A stretch of 28,011 nt of DNA, from the NCBI GenBank assembly GCA_045863235.1, contig BTUM01000098.1:1-28011 (forward strand), written 5' to 3'. Source of the DNA: Candidatus Xenobia bacterium. Its GTDB lineage: Bacteria > Vulcanimicrobiota > Xenobia > Xenobiales > QWHO01. Of the stretch, positions 8,309-15,956 are shown piece by piece (position 1 is the stretch's first letter; each line of letters starts with the position of its first letter). The notes under the pieces were generated by a model. The model made no database searches and was not told where the DNA came from. It saw only the letters and a program-made list of their open reading frames with translations. A program made the position numbers and the translations under genes.

Positions 8309-10879
8309 ATGAAGCTCCCCGTGCCCGGCGAGGTGGTGGCCTCGCGCTATGAGGTGGAGGCCCTGATCAAGACGGGCGGACAGTCCATCGTCTTCCGAGG
8401 GCGAGAGGTGCGCACCGGAGCCCGGGTGGCCCTCAAGCTGATGCAGGACTATCCCGGCAATGAGCGCGAGCAGTTCGAGCGCGAGTATCACGTCCTGAAG
8501 GAGCCCGGACCAGGATTGCCGCTGGCACACCTGTTGACCGAGTATGAAGGCACCTCGCTGATCGTGGTGGACTGGGTGGAGGGCGAATCGCTCGACGACT
8601 TGCCTCTCCCGATCGATTGCAGCCTGGCCGAGCGCATCGCCCGCGAAGTGCTGGCCACGGTGCAGCACCTGCACGAGCGCAACCCCCCGGTGGTGGTGCG
8701 CGACATCAAGCCGGCCAACCTGATCCTGAGCACCCGGGGGGTCTTCCTGATCGATCTGTCGGCCTCGCGCTTCGTGACCGGCAACCCGGACACCATGCCT
8801 CTGGGCAGCCCGGGCTTTGCCGCCCCGGAGCAGTACGTGGGCCGATCCGAGCTTCGCTCCGACCTCTACGCGACGGGCACTCTGCTCTTTCACCTGCTGA
8901 CCGGACGAGACCCCCTGACCGAGACGCCTCCCTTCTCAGCCCGCCGCTACCGCTCGCAGGTGCCCCAGGGGATGGAGCGGATGATCCGGCGGGCCACCGA
9001 GCCCGATCCGTCCGACCGCCCTGCGGACTCCGCCGAGATGCTGGCCGACCTGACCGGCACCGCGGCGCTCCCGCCAGCTCCTCGTGCCGCGCCCTCTCCG
9101 AGAGCGAACCCACCGGTTGGCGCGGCCTCGCCTTCTCCGAGAGCGGCCCCACCGGTTGGCCCGGCCGGGCCCTCTGTGAAAGCGGCCCCACCGGTTGGCG
9201 CGCCGGGTGCCTCGCCATCGCCCGCCCGCCGGTTCTCACTGGCCTGGGCGGTGGTGTTGCTGGCCGTGGGAGTGGGCCTGTTCGGCCTGTGGAAGGACCA
9301 GCGACGACTCGCTCGCGAGCTCAACCTGCCAGCTCCGCCCCCCCGCGCGGCCAGCAAGAGCCCTGCCGCTTCGTTCGTGCAGCCACTGCCCGAAAGCGCC
9401 AGCGCTCAGGCCTACTTCGACCGGGGCACTCATCTTCTGGCCGATTCCAACCCCCTCGGCTTCTACTATCTGGCCGCCGCCTGCCGCCTCGACCCCGGGC
9501 GCGAGCCCTATCGCCGCGAGCTGGAGGAGCGGCTGGCTCGCTTTCCGCGTCTGCGCCTGGCGATTCCCCTCGAGCACCGGCTCAAGGAGCCTGAGGCCGA
9601 CGCTGCCGCACGCGGGGACGGCCAGCTCAAGACGCCCCCCGCGCTCTCCATAGATGGTCGCTGGCTGGCCTGCGATTTCAACGGCACGCTTCTCGACCTT
9701 CAGACCGGAGACCGGCGAAAGCTGAATTCCTATGTCTCCTCCCTGGCCTACCTGCCCTCCGGGCGCGCGCTGGTGCTGGGCTCGGGGCTGCGCCTGCTCG
9801 AGCTGGAAAGCGGCCAGGCCCCGGGTCCGCCCTTCGAGCTCCCCCCCGGCCACAGAGTGCGACTGGTTTGCCCGGTGGGGCAGGACCGCCTGCTGATCCT
9901 CAGCGCCGCCCCGGGTACCCATCACCGCACCCTGCAGCTCTACGGCCTGAGTGACGGCAGGCCGGTGGGAGAGCCGATCGAGGACATCGCCTTTTACCGC
10001 GCTTCGGCCGACCACAAGCGCGTGCTCCTGTACCGCTGCCCCGAGCCCCGTGAAGGCAAGACGACGAGCTTCCCGCAGGGCAGCATCGAGCACTGGGACC
10101 TGACTGATTGGAAGAAGGTTTCCAGCCTGCCTTTAGACGATGAGTACATCCTGGTGGGGCTCGACGCCGGCTCGCTGCGGGCGGTTCTGGTCAAGTCCTG
10201 GATTCGCATCTCGATCCTGGACCTGACCGATGGCAGCGAGTTCTACCCGACCACCAGCAGCCAGAAGTTCTCCAAAGCCAACCTGGTCGTGAGCCGCATG
10301 ACCAACGACGGGCACTGGTTCGCCTGGGAGTTCGGCGAGCCGCCTCAGGCCGCCCAGTGGTGGCACGTTCCCAGCGCCCGCGCCCTGCCGGCCGGGCGCA
10401 AGGTTCTGGCCACCGACTTTGGGGGCCAGCATGCCCTGTATCGAGAGGGCCAGGGCCAGCTGGGCATCTGGCAGGCCGGCACCGGTCGCGACCACGGGCT
10501 GGCCCTCGGCTGGTCGGGCGAGCACGCTCAGTTCGGGGCGGACGGCCTGCTGCTGCTGCCCTCCAAAGACCGGGTCCAGCTAGTCGACGGCCTGGCGGGC
10601 ACTCTGGCCGACTGGTCGGCCAGGGGTATGCACTGGAGCCACCTGGCCCCGGCTGCGAAGGAGCTGCTCGTGGCCACCGAGCAGAAGTCTCTGCTGGTCT
10701 GGGATCTGAAGCCCGACCAGCCCCTCGAGCCGAGCCAGGAGCCCTTCTGGCTGGTAGGCTCGCACCTGGGCCTGTGGCCAACGGACAGCCAGCTGACCGG
10801 CCTTCGCTACCTGGAGGCCAGCGAGCTTTCCAAGCTCCCCGAGCTGCAGCGCTGGACGGGTCCGGCCGAGCAGCCCTGA
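8309..10879 (+). CDS. Membrane Hanks-type Ser/Thr protein kinase with Pro-rich linker, TM helix and C-terminal beta-propeller-like domain
   Basis: Motifs VALK, VRDIKPANL, LIDLSAS, GSPGFAAPEQY, SDLYATG and DPSDRP. TM segment LAWAVVLLAVGVGLFGLW. The C-terminus has WD/YVTN-like strands (HWDL, LVWDL, SIDGRWLA). Confidence 0.92.
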   Translation: MKLPVPGEVVASRYEVEALIKTGGQSIVFRGREVRTGARVALKLMQDYPGNEREQFEREYHVLKEPGPGLPLAHLLTEYEGTSLIVVDWVEGESLDDLPLPIDCSLAERIAREVLATVQHLHERNPPVVVRDIKPANLILSTRGVFLIDLSASRFVTGNPDTMPLGSPGFAAPEQYVGRSELRSDLYATGTLLFHLLTGRDPLTETPPFSARRYRSQVPQGMERMIRRATEPDPSDRPADSAEMLADLTGTAALPPAPRAAPSPRANPPVGAASPSPRAAPPVGPAGPSVKAAPPVGAPGASPSPARRFSLAWAVVLLAVGVGLFGLWKDQRRLARELNLPAPPPRAASKSPAASFVQPLPESASAQAYFDRGTHLLADSNPLGFYYLAAACRLDPGREPYRRELEERLARFPRLRLAIPLEHRLKEPEADAAARGDGQLKTPPALSIDGRWLACDFNGTLLDLQTGDRRKLNSYVSSLAYLPSGRALVLGSGLRLLELESGQAPGPPFELPPGHRVRLVCPVGQDRLLILSAAPGTHHRTLQLYGLSDGRPVGEPIEDIAFYRASADHKRVLLYRCPEPREGKTTSFPQGSIEHWDLTDWKKVSSLPLDDEYILVGLDAGSLRAVLVKSWIRISILDLTDGSEFYPTTSSQKFSKANLVVSRMTNDGHWFAWEFGEPPQAAQWWHVPSARALPAGRKVLATDFGGQHALYREGQGQLGIWQAGTGRDHGLALGWSGEHAQFGADGLLLLPSKDRVQLVDGLAGTLADWSARGMHWSHLAPAAKELLVATEQKSLLVWDLKPDQPLEPSQEPFWLVGSHLGLWPTDSQLTGLRYLEASELSKLPELQRWTGPAEQP
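9092..9208 (+). repeat. 3 x 39-bp coding tandem repeat (PSP/VxAxPPVGxxx) in the kinase linker
   Basis: Units start at 9092, 9131 and 9170: CC(C/T)TCT...A(G/A)AGCG..CCCACCGGTTGGC. Confidence 0.9.
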
Positions 10880-10904
10880 CGCGCCCCGCGTCGGGACAGG
10901 AGCC

Positions 10905-11109
10905 TTACCGGTCTGCGTGCGTTACCCGGCGGTAGACCGGTAACGAGGACAGACTGGGCGGGGCTTACCGGTCTGGCGGCGTTACCGGTCCCACCGGGCG
11001 GTATACCGCCTGCTCAGACCGGTAAACAGACAGACTGTGCGGGGCTTACCGGTCTGGCGGCGTTACCGGTCCCACCGGGCGGTAGACCGCCTGCTCAGAC
11101 CGGTAAAAC
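10905..11109. repeat. Intergenic palindromic tandem repeat (REP/BIME-like): two 81-bp units plus one shortened unit
   Basis: 10948-11028 and 11029-11109 differ at 2 positions in their first 79 bp. Each has the outer stem TTACCGGTCTG...CAGACCGGTAA. The short unit 10905-10943 reads TTACCGGTCT...AGACCGGTAA. Confidence 0.92.
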
Positions 11110-11142
11110 AAGACGGAGCGCCGGGCATTGGCCGGTGGACCG

Positions 11143-11169
11143 GAGGGAGCCCGGCCAGCCGCTCCGAAG
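11143..11169 (+). promoter_or_regulatory. sigmaH-like promoter upstream of atoE
   Basis: GAGGG-N18-GAAG, ending 12 nt before ATG 11182, with no SD between. Confidence 0.4.
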
Positions 11170-11181
11170 TGCCCGCCCTTC

Positions 11182-12570
11182 ATGATCGAGAAGAACCCCC
11201 TGGTCCGCGCCGGCCTGAAGCTGGCCGACTTTGCCGAGCGCTGGTTTCCCGATGCCTTCGTGTTCGCGCTGCTGGGGGTGGTGATCACCTTCCTGGGCGG
11301 ACTGGCGGTAGGCGAGGCGCCCCTCAAGCTGGTCCAGGTCTTCGGCGATGCCTTCAGCAAGAAGCTGGCCGTCTTCACTCTGCAGATGATGCTGGTGATC
11401 GTGGGAGGCTACGTGGTGGCCTCCTCGCCACCCGTCTACGCCCTCATCAAGAAGCTGGCCACCGTGCCGCGCAGCTCGCGCCAGGCGGTGGCCTTCGTGG
11501 CCCTGCTCTCGATGGTCTCCTCGCTCTTTTCCTGGGGGCTGTCGCTCATCTTCACGGGCCTCCTGGTGCGGGAGATCTGCACCCGTTTGCCCCGGGTCGA
11601 CTACCGGGCCATCGGCGCCGCCGCCTACCTCGGGCTCGGCTCGGTGTGGGCTTTCGGGCTCTCCTCCAGCGCAGCCCTGATGCAGGCCACCCGCAGCTCT
11701 CTGCCCGACAAGCTGCACGCGGTCACGGGCGTGATCCCGCTCAGCCAGACCATCTTCTTGTGGCAGAGCATGCTGTGCGCGGTCCTCTTGATCTCGGTGT
11801 CGGTGGCCATCGCCTACTTCTCTTGCCCCAGCGACGAGCAGGCCAAAACCCAGGAGGACTTTGGCATCCGCTACCAGCCCCTGACGGTCGAGGTGGAGCC
11901 GCCCCAGCGGCCGGGCGAGTGGTGGGAGCACACCCCCATTCTGCCCTGGGCGGTGGGCCTCTTGATGCTGGTCTACGTGCTCTTCAAGCTGTCCGGCCCG
12001 GGAGGGCCGGGCGAGAAGCTAGATCTCGACCTGTTCAACTTCAGCTTCATCACACTGGGCCTGCTCTTGCACGGGCAGGCGAAGTCGTTCTTGAAGGCGG
12101 TGTCCGCCTCCATCCCGGCCACGGCCGGAGTGATCATCCAGTTCCCGTTCTACGCCGGCATCTTCGGCCTGATCTCCGAGACCCACCTCAGCGTGGTGCT
12201 CGAGGACATCTTCCGCAGCATCTCCAGCCCGGCTACGTTCCCGTTGCTGGTGGCCGTCTACTCGGCCGTGCTGGGTGTATTCGTGCCCTCGGGCGGCGGC
12301 AAGTGGGTCATCGAGGCCCCCTACGTGATGGGGCTGGCCAACGAGTACCAGATCAATCTGGGCTGGACGGTGCAGATCTACAACGCCGCCGAAGCCCTGC
12401 CCAACCTGCTCAACCCCTTCTGGATGCTTCCTTTGATGGGCATTCTCTCGGTGCGGGCCCGCGAGCTGGCCGGCTACTCGGTGCTGCAGCTGCTCTTTCA
12501 CGTTCCCCTGGTGCTGCTCTTGTGCTGGGTGCTGACTGGCACGCTGCCCTACACCCCACCTGTGCCATGA
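11182..12570 (+). CDS. atoE: Short-chain fatty acid transporter (AtoE/TIGR00366 family)
   Basis: Motifs FAERWFPDAFVFA, FTLQM, VDYRAIGAAAYLG, QFPFYAGI, FVPSGGGKWVIEAPY and PNLLNPFWMLP. The ATG 11182 start is preferred over the TTG start of the ORF track. Confidence 0.93.
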   Translation: MIEKNPLVRAGLKLADFAERWFPDAFVFALLGVVITFLGGLAVGEAPLKLVQVFGDAFSKKLAVFTLQMMLVIVGGYVVASSPPVYALIKKLATVPRSSRQAVAFVALLSMVSSLFSWGLSLIFTGLLVREICTRLPRVDYRAIGAAAYLGLGSVWAFGLSSSAALMQATRSSLPDKLHAVTGVIPLSQTIFLWQSMLCAVLLISVSVAIAYFSCPSDEQAKTQEDFGIRYQPLTVEVEPPQRPGEWWEHTPILPWAVGLLMLVYVLFKLSGPGGPGEKLDLDLFNFSFITLGLLLHGQAKSFLKAVSASIPATAGVIIQFPFYAGIFGLISETHLSVVLEDIFRSISSPATFPLLVAVYSAVLGVFVPSGGGKWVIEAPYVMGLANEYQINLGWTVQIYNAAEALPNLLNPFWMLPLMGILSVRARELAGYSVLQLLFHVPLVLLLCWVLTGTLPYTPPVP

Positions 12571-13220
12571 GCCTGGAGCGCGATGGATATGCCCTGCTCG
12601 AGGGGGTGATCCCTGAAGCGCAGGTCCAGGAGCTGATTGCTCTGCTGGAAGGCTCAGGACATGGTCGACGCGATCTGCTGGAGCTCGAGCCGGTGCGAGG
12701 TCTGGCCAGGCAGGTCGGTCCGCTTGCCGGACCGGGAGCCTTCCCCGTTCGGGGCCTTTTCTTCGACAAGCCTCCGGAGGCCAACTGGCAGGTCCCCTGG
12801 CATCAAGATCTGGCCATCGCCGTGCGCGAGCGAATCGAGATCCCTGGCTACTCGGGCTGGTCGGTCAAGAATGGCATTCCCCACGTGCAGCCGCCCGCTG
12901 AGGTGCTGGAGCGAATGCTTGCCGTGCGCATCAGCCTGGATGATTGCACGAGCGACAACGGCCCTCTGCGAGTCATCCCCGGAACTCACCGCCTCGGGCG
13001 TTTGTCGTCCGACCAGATCGCCCAGATGAGCCGAGTCGGCCCCGCAGTGGAGTGCTGCGTTCCGGCCGGGGGGGCGGTGTTGATGCGCCCCCTGCTCTTG
13101 CACGCTTCTTCCAAAGCACGCAAGCCTGGTCACCGTCGCGTCATCCACCTCGAGATGGCCCGCGGCGACCTGCCCGGCGGCCTGAGCTGGCAGGCGAGAG
13201 CTGAGAAACGTGATCGCTGA
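12567..13220 (+). CDS. Phytanoyl-CoA dioxygenase (PhyH) family Fe(II)/2OG dioxygenase
   Basis: ATGA overlap with the atoE stop. Motifs FFDKPPEANWQVPWHQD (HxD), LDDCTSDNGPLRVIPGTH and LLLHAS...RRVIH. Confidence 0.92.
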   Translation: MSLERDGYALLEGVIPEAQVQELIALLEGSGHGRRDLLELEPVRGLARQVGPLAGPGAFPVRGLFFDKPPEANWQVPWHQDLAIAVRERIEIPGYSGWSVKNGIPHVQPPAEVLERMLAVRISLDDCTSDNGPLRVIPGTHRLGRLSSDQIAQMSRVGPAVECCVPAGGAVLMRPLLLHASSKARKPGHRRVIHLEMARGDLPGGLSWQARAEKRDR

Positions 13221-14451
13221 ATCAGAGCATCAAGCCGGGGTCGACCGGCTGCCCGCGAGCATCTGGGCGCTGGGCTTCGTAAGCCTGCTGATGGATCTCT
13301 CATCCGAGTTGATCCACAGTCTTTTGCCTGTTTTCATGGTCAGCGGCCTGGGTGCGAGCGCGCTCGCGGTCGGCTTGATTGAGGGAGTCGCCGAAGCGAC
13401 TGCTCTCATCGTCAAGGTCTTTTCGGGAGCCTGGTCGGACTACTTTGGAAAGCGCAAGCCTGCAGCCGTTTTCGGATATGGGCTTGGGGCGCTCTCTAAG
13501 CCCCTCTTCGCCCTGGCTCCCAGCGTGGGGCTCGTGCTCCTGGCACGACTCGTCGACCGGACAGGGAAAGGAATTCGAGGTGCTCCCCGGGACGCGCTGG
13601 TGGCCGACATTGTCCCTCCCGGGCTGCGGGGGGCCGCATTCGGACTCCGTCAATCGCTGGACACGATAGGGGCCTTTCTGGGCCCTCTTCTGGCCATGGG
13701 ACTGATGCTCGTTTGGTCCGGCGATTTTCGCAAAGTCTTCTGGATCGCCGTCATTCCGGGTGTGCTTTCGGTGGCGTTGCTGGCGCTGGGTGTGCGTGAG
13801 CCCGAGCAAGCTAAGTCAGACCGGCAAGCTCGAGTGAACCCGTTCAAGAAGGAGAGTCTGCGGCGGTTGCCAGCCGCTTTCTGGTGGGTGGTCGTGATCG
13901 GCGGATTCTTCACTCTGGCACGATTCAGCGAGGCGTTCCTCGTTCTGCGGGCGGCTCAGGGCGGGTTGCCTTTGGCACTGACACCGCTGGTGTTGGTAGG
14001 GATGAATGTTGCCTACGCTCTGACGGCTTACCCTCTGGGCAAGCTCTCGGATCGCATCCGACCTGAGCGGCTGCTGGGTCTGGGATTACTGCTCTTGATC
14101 GTTGCCGACTCGATGCTGGCCTACAGTGTGCACTGGGTCTGGGTCTGGGCCGGGCTTTCCTGTTGGGGAGTGCATCTGGGCGCGACCCAAGGACTGCTTG
14201 CGAAGATGGTTGCGGATACCGCGCCCAGTACATTGCGGGGAACCGCCTTCGGCGTGTTCAATCTCGCCTGCGGTGTCGCCATGCTGGTAGCCAGCGGCCT
14301 CGCTGGTTTCCTCTGGGATCGATTGGGACCGGCCAGCACCTTTCTCGCTGGCGCTGTCTTCAGCGGGTTGGCGGGGGTGGCGCTGTTGGCTCGAGCTCAG
14401 GGCTCAACTCGTATCGTGGCAAGCGAGCAGCCCGAGGCGGAGTCAACCTGA
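13210..14451 (+). CDS. MFS transporter
   Basis: Around 12 hydrophobic segments. Motifs SLLMDLSSELIH, SDYFGKRK, DRTGKGIRGAPRDAL, RGAAFGLRQSLDTIGA and GKLSDRI. Codon usage is less GC3-biased than in neighbouring genes. Confidence 0.93.
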   Translation: MIAESEHQAGVDRLPASIWALGFVSLLMDLSSELIHSLLPVFMVSGLGASALAVGLIEGVAEATALIVKVFSGAWSDYFGKRKPAAVFGYGLGALSKPLFALAPSVGLVLLARLVDRTGKGIRGAPRDALVADIVPPGLRGAAFGLRQSLDTIGAFLGPLLAMGLMLVWSGDFRKVFWIAVIPGVLSVALLALGVREPEQAKSDRQARVNPFKKESLRRLPAAFWWVVVIGGFFTLARFSEAFLVLRAAQGGLPLALTPLVLVGMNVAYALTAYPLGKLSDRIRPERLLGLGLLLLIVADSMLAYSVHWVWVWAGLSCWGVHLGATQGLLAKMVADTAPSTLRGTAFGVFNLACGVAMLVASGLAGFLWDRLGPASTFLAGAVFSGLAGVALLARAQGSTRIVASEQPEAEST

Positions 14452-14562
14452 CCCAGGCAGCGAGCCAGCAGCCGGTGGAACTGGTGGTCGGCGTGCTCGA
14501 TCAGGGGTGCGTAGCGCCCTTTGTCATAGTGTCGCGAGCCCAGACCGCGTTGCACCGACTGG
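14451..14562 (-). pseudogene. 112-bp duplicate of the 3' end of the Rieske oxygenase gene (copy of 15960-16071)
   Basis: Direct repeat with 2 mismatches in 112 bp, both synonymous in the Rieske frame (GCG/GCA, TAC/TAT). Confidence 0.95.
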
Positions 14563-14563
14563 T

Positions 14564-14698
14564 GGCATTCTCTCGGTGCGGGCCCGCGAGCTGGCCGGCT
14601 ACTCGGTGCTGCAGCTGCTCTTTCACGTTCCCCTGGTGCTGCTCTTGTGCTGGGTGCTGACTGGCACGCTGCCCTATACCCCGCCGATGCCGTGAGCC
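14564..14698 (+). pseudogene. 135-bp duplicate of the 3' end of atoE (copy of 12439-12573)
   Basis: Direct repeat, identical for the first ~113 bp, then 5 mismatches in the last six sense codons (YTPPVP vs YTPPMP). The TGA stop is retained at 14693-14695. Confidence 0.95.
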
Positions 14699-14742
14699 CC
14701 GAGCCTTGGGCGGGGTTGCTGCAGCAACTCGAGAGCCTGGCC

Positions 14743-15906
14743 TCAGCTGGCAGGCCAGAGCCCCCGGTTCGGCCTGAGCTGAAGCAGGAAATCCTCCACC
14801 GGCAAGGCCATCACCCCGTCCAGGTCGAGGATGTCCTTTCCTCGATAGAGCAACAACGCTTGAGACTCTGGGTAGTCCTCCAGGAACGAGCGCAGAGCGC
14901 GCGTGTCGGTGCGATGGGCCTCTCGGGCGTGCTTGACCTCGATGGCCCAGAACCCGAGAGGTCCGTAGACGACGAAGTCTACCTCGCTGCCTGATTTGGT
15001 CCGCCAGTAGCCAAGCTGGTGACGTTGCCCACCGAGATCGTTCCAGGCCTTCAGGTGTTGGGCCACCAGGCCTTCGAGCGCCGGGCCGGCCAGCTCGGAG
15101 GGTCGATCCAGAGGGCCGGCCGGGCAGGCGGCTTGAAAGACCCCTGCATCGAACCAGAAGAACTTGGGATGGCTGGCAAGGTGACGTTGAGCCCTGCGGG
15201 TGAAGACCGGCAGGCGAAAGCTGAGCATCAAGTCTTCCAGCACCTCGAGGTAGCCCTCGACCGTCTTTCGGCCCACGCCACACTCGCGTGAGACCTCCGC
15301 CAGGTTCAAGGGGGAGGCCTGCGAGAAGCTGATGGCTTCGGTGAAGCGAGCGAAACCTCCCAGATTGCGGACCAACCCTTCGGCCTGGACCTCTTCTCGG
15401 ATGTAGAGGGCCAGGTAGGCATGCAACGTGTCCTCGGGATCAGGTGACTGCCAGACCAGGGGCAGCATGCCGACTCTCAGGGCTCGTGCCAGGTCGAAGG
15501 CCTGCGTCAGCTCAGCGGCCATGAATGGAGGCATCCAGCGGATCAGGGCCCGGCCTCCCAGAAGGTCGACCCCGGAGCGTTTCAGCTTGCGGGCGCTCGA
15601 GCCGGTCAGAATGAAGCGAAGGTCTTTCCGCTGCTCGATCTGGTGGTGCACCAGCGGCAGCAATTGAGGAACTCGCTGCACCTCGTCCACCACCACCGTC
15701 TTCAAACCTTTGCCAGGAGGCCCCACAAGGTCGAGCAGACGCTCGGGGCGCGCTTCATAGAGACGTTGCTCGAAGGGAAGGAGCAGGTCGATGCGCAGGG
15801 AGTCTGGTATCATGGCCTGGAGCCAGGTGGTCTTGCCCGTTCCACGCGGGCCAAACAGAAAGAAGTGAGTGCCTGGGTCTTGGAAGAAGCGGAAGACTCT
15901 TTCCAT
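14743..15906 (-). CDS. AAA+ ATPase with DUF4143 (COG1373-type; AAA_14 + wHTH + PD-(D/E)xK-like C-terminus)
   Basis: Walker A GPRGTGKT, Walker B VVVDEVQ, then LTGSSARKL, LLGGRA, PKFFWFDAG, and YWRTKSGSEVDFV...IEVK. Confidence 0.95.
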   Translation of the reverse strand: MERVFRFFQDPGTHFFLFGPRGTGKTTWLQAMIPDSLRIDLLLPFEQRLYEARPERLLDLVGPPGKGLKTVVVDEVQRVPQLLPLVHHQIEQRKDLRFILTGSSARKLKRSGVDLLGGRALIRWMPPFMAAELTQAFDLARALRVGMLPLVWQSPDPEDTLHAYLALYIREEVQAEGLVRNLGGFARFTEAISFSQASPLNLAEVSRECGVGRKTVEGYLEVLEDLMLSFRLPVFTRRAQRHLASHPKFFWFDAGVFQAACPAGPLDRPSELAGPALEGLVAQHLKAWNDLGGQRHQLGYWRTKSGSEVDFVVYGPLGFWAIEVKHAREAHRTDTRALRSFLEDYPESQALLLYRGKDILDLDGVMALPVEDFLLQLRPNRGLWPAS

Positions 15907-15909
15907 TTT

Positions 15910-15954
15910 TGCTTCCTTTTTTGAAATTGTAGCTCAAAAAAGGAAGCAGTGCAA
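15910..15954 (-). promoter_or_regulatory. sigma70 promoter with overlapping 15-bp inverted-repeat operator/hairpin for the ATPase gene
   Basis: Minus strand: TTGCAC(15954-15949)-17 nt-TACAAT(15931-15926). A perfect IR TGCTTCCTTTTTTGA(15910-15924)/TCAAAAAAGGAAGCA(15934-15948) brackets the -10 and includes the AAGGA SD. Confidence 0.8.
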
Positions 15955-15956
15955 AC

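Noticed and set aside
10905..11109. Possible CRISPR array
   Set aside because: The units are contiguous near-identical 81-mers without unique spacers, and no cas genes are present.
11037..13220. 727-aa ORF as one protein
   Set aside because: Only the last 217 aa (from ATG 12567) are PhyH-like. The rest is an off-frame overlap of atoE.
12567..15956. Integron cassette array explanation for the stacked cargo
   Set aside because: No intI gene and no attC-like RYYYAAC...GTTRRRY hairpins between the genes. The repeats are host gene 3' ends.
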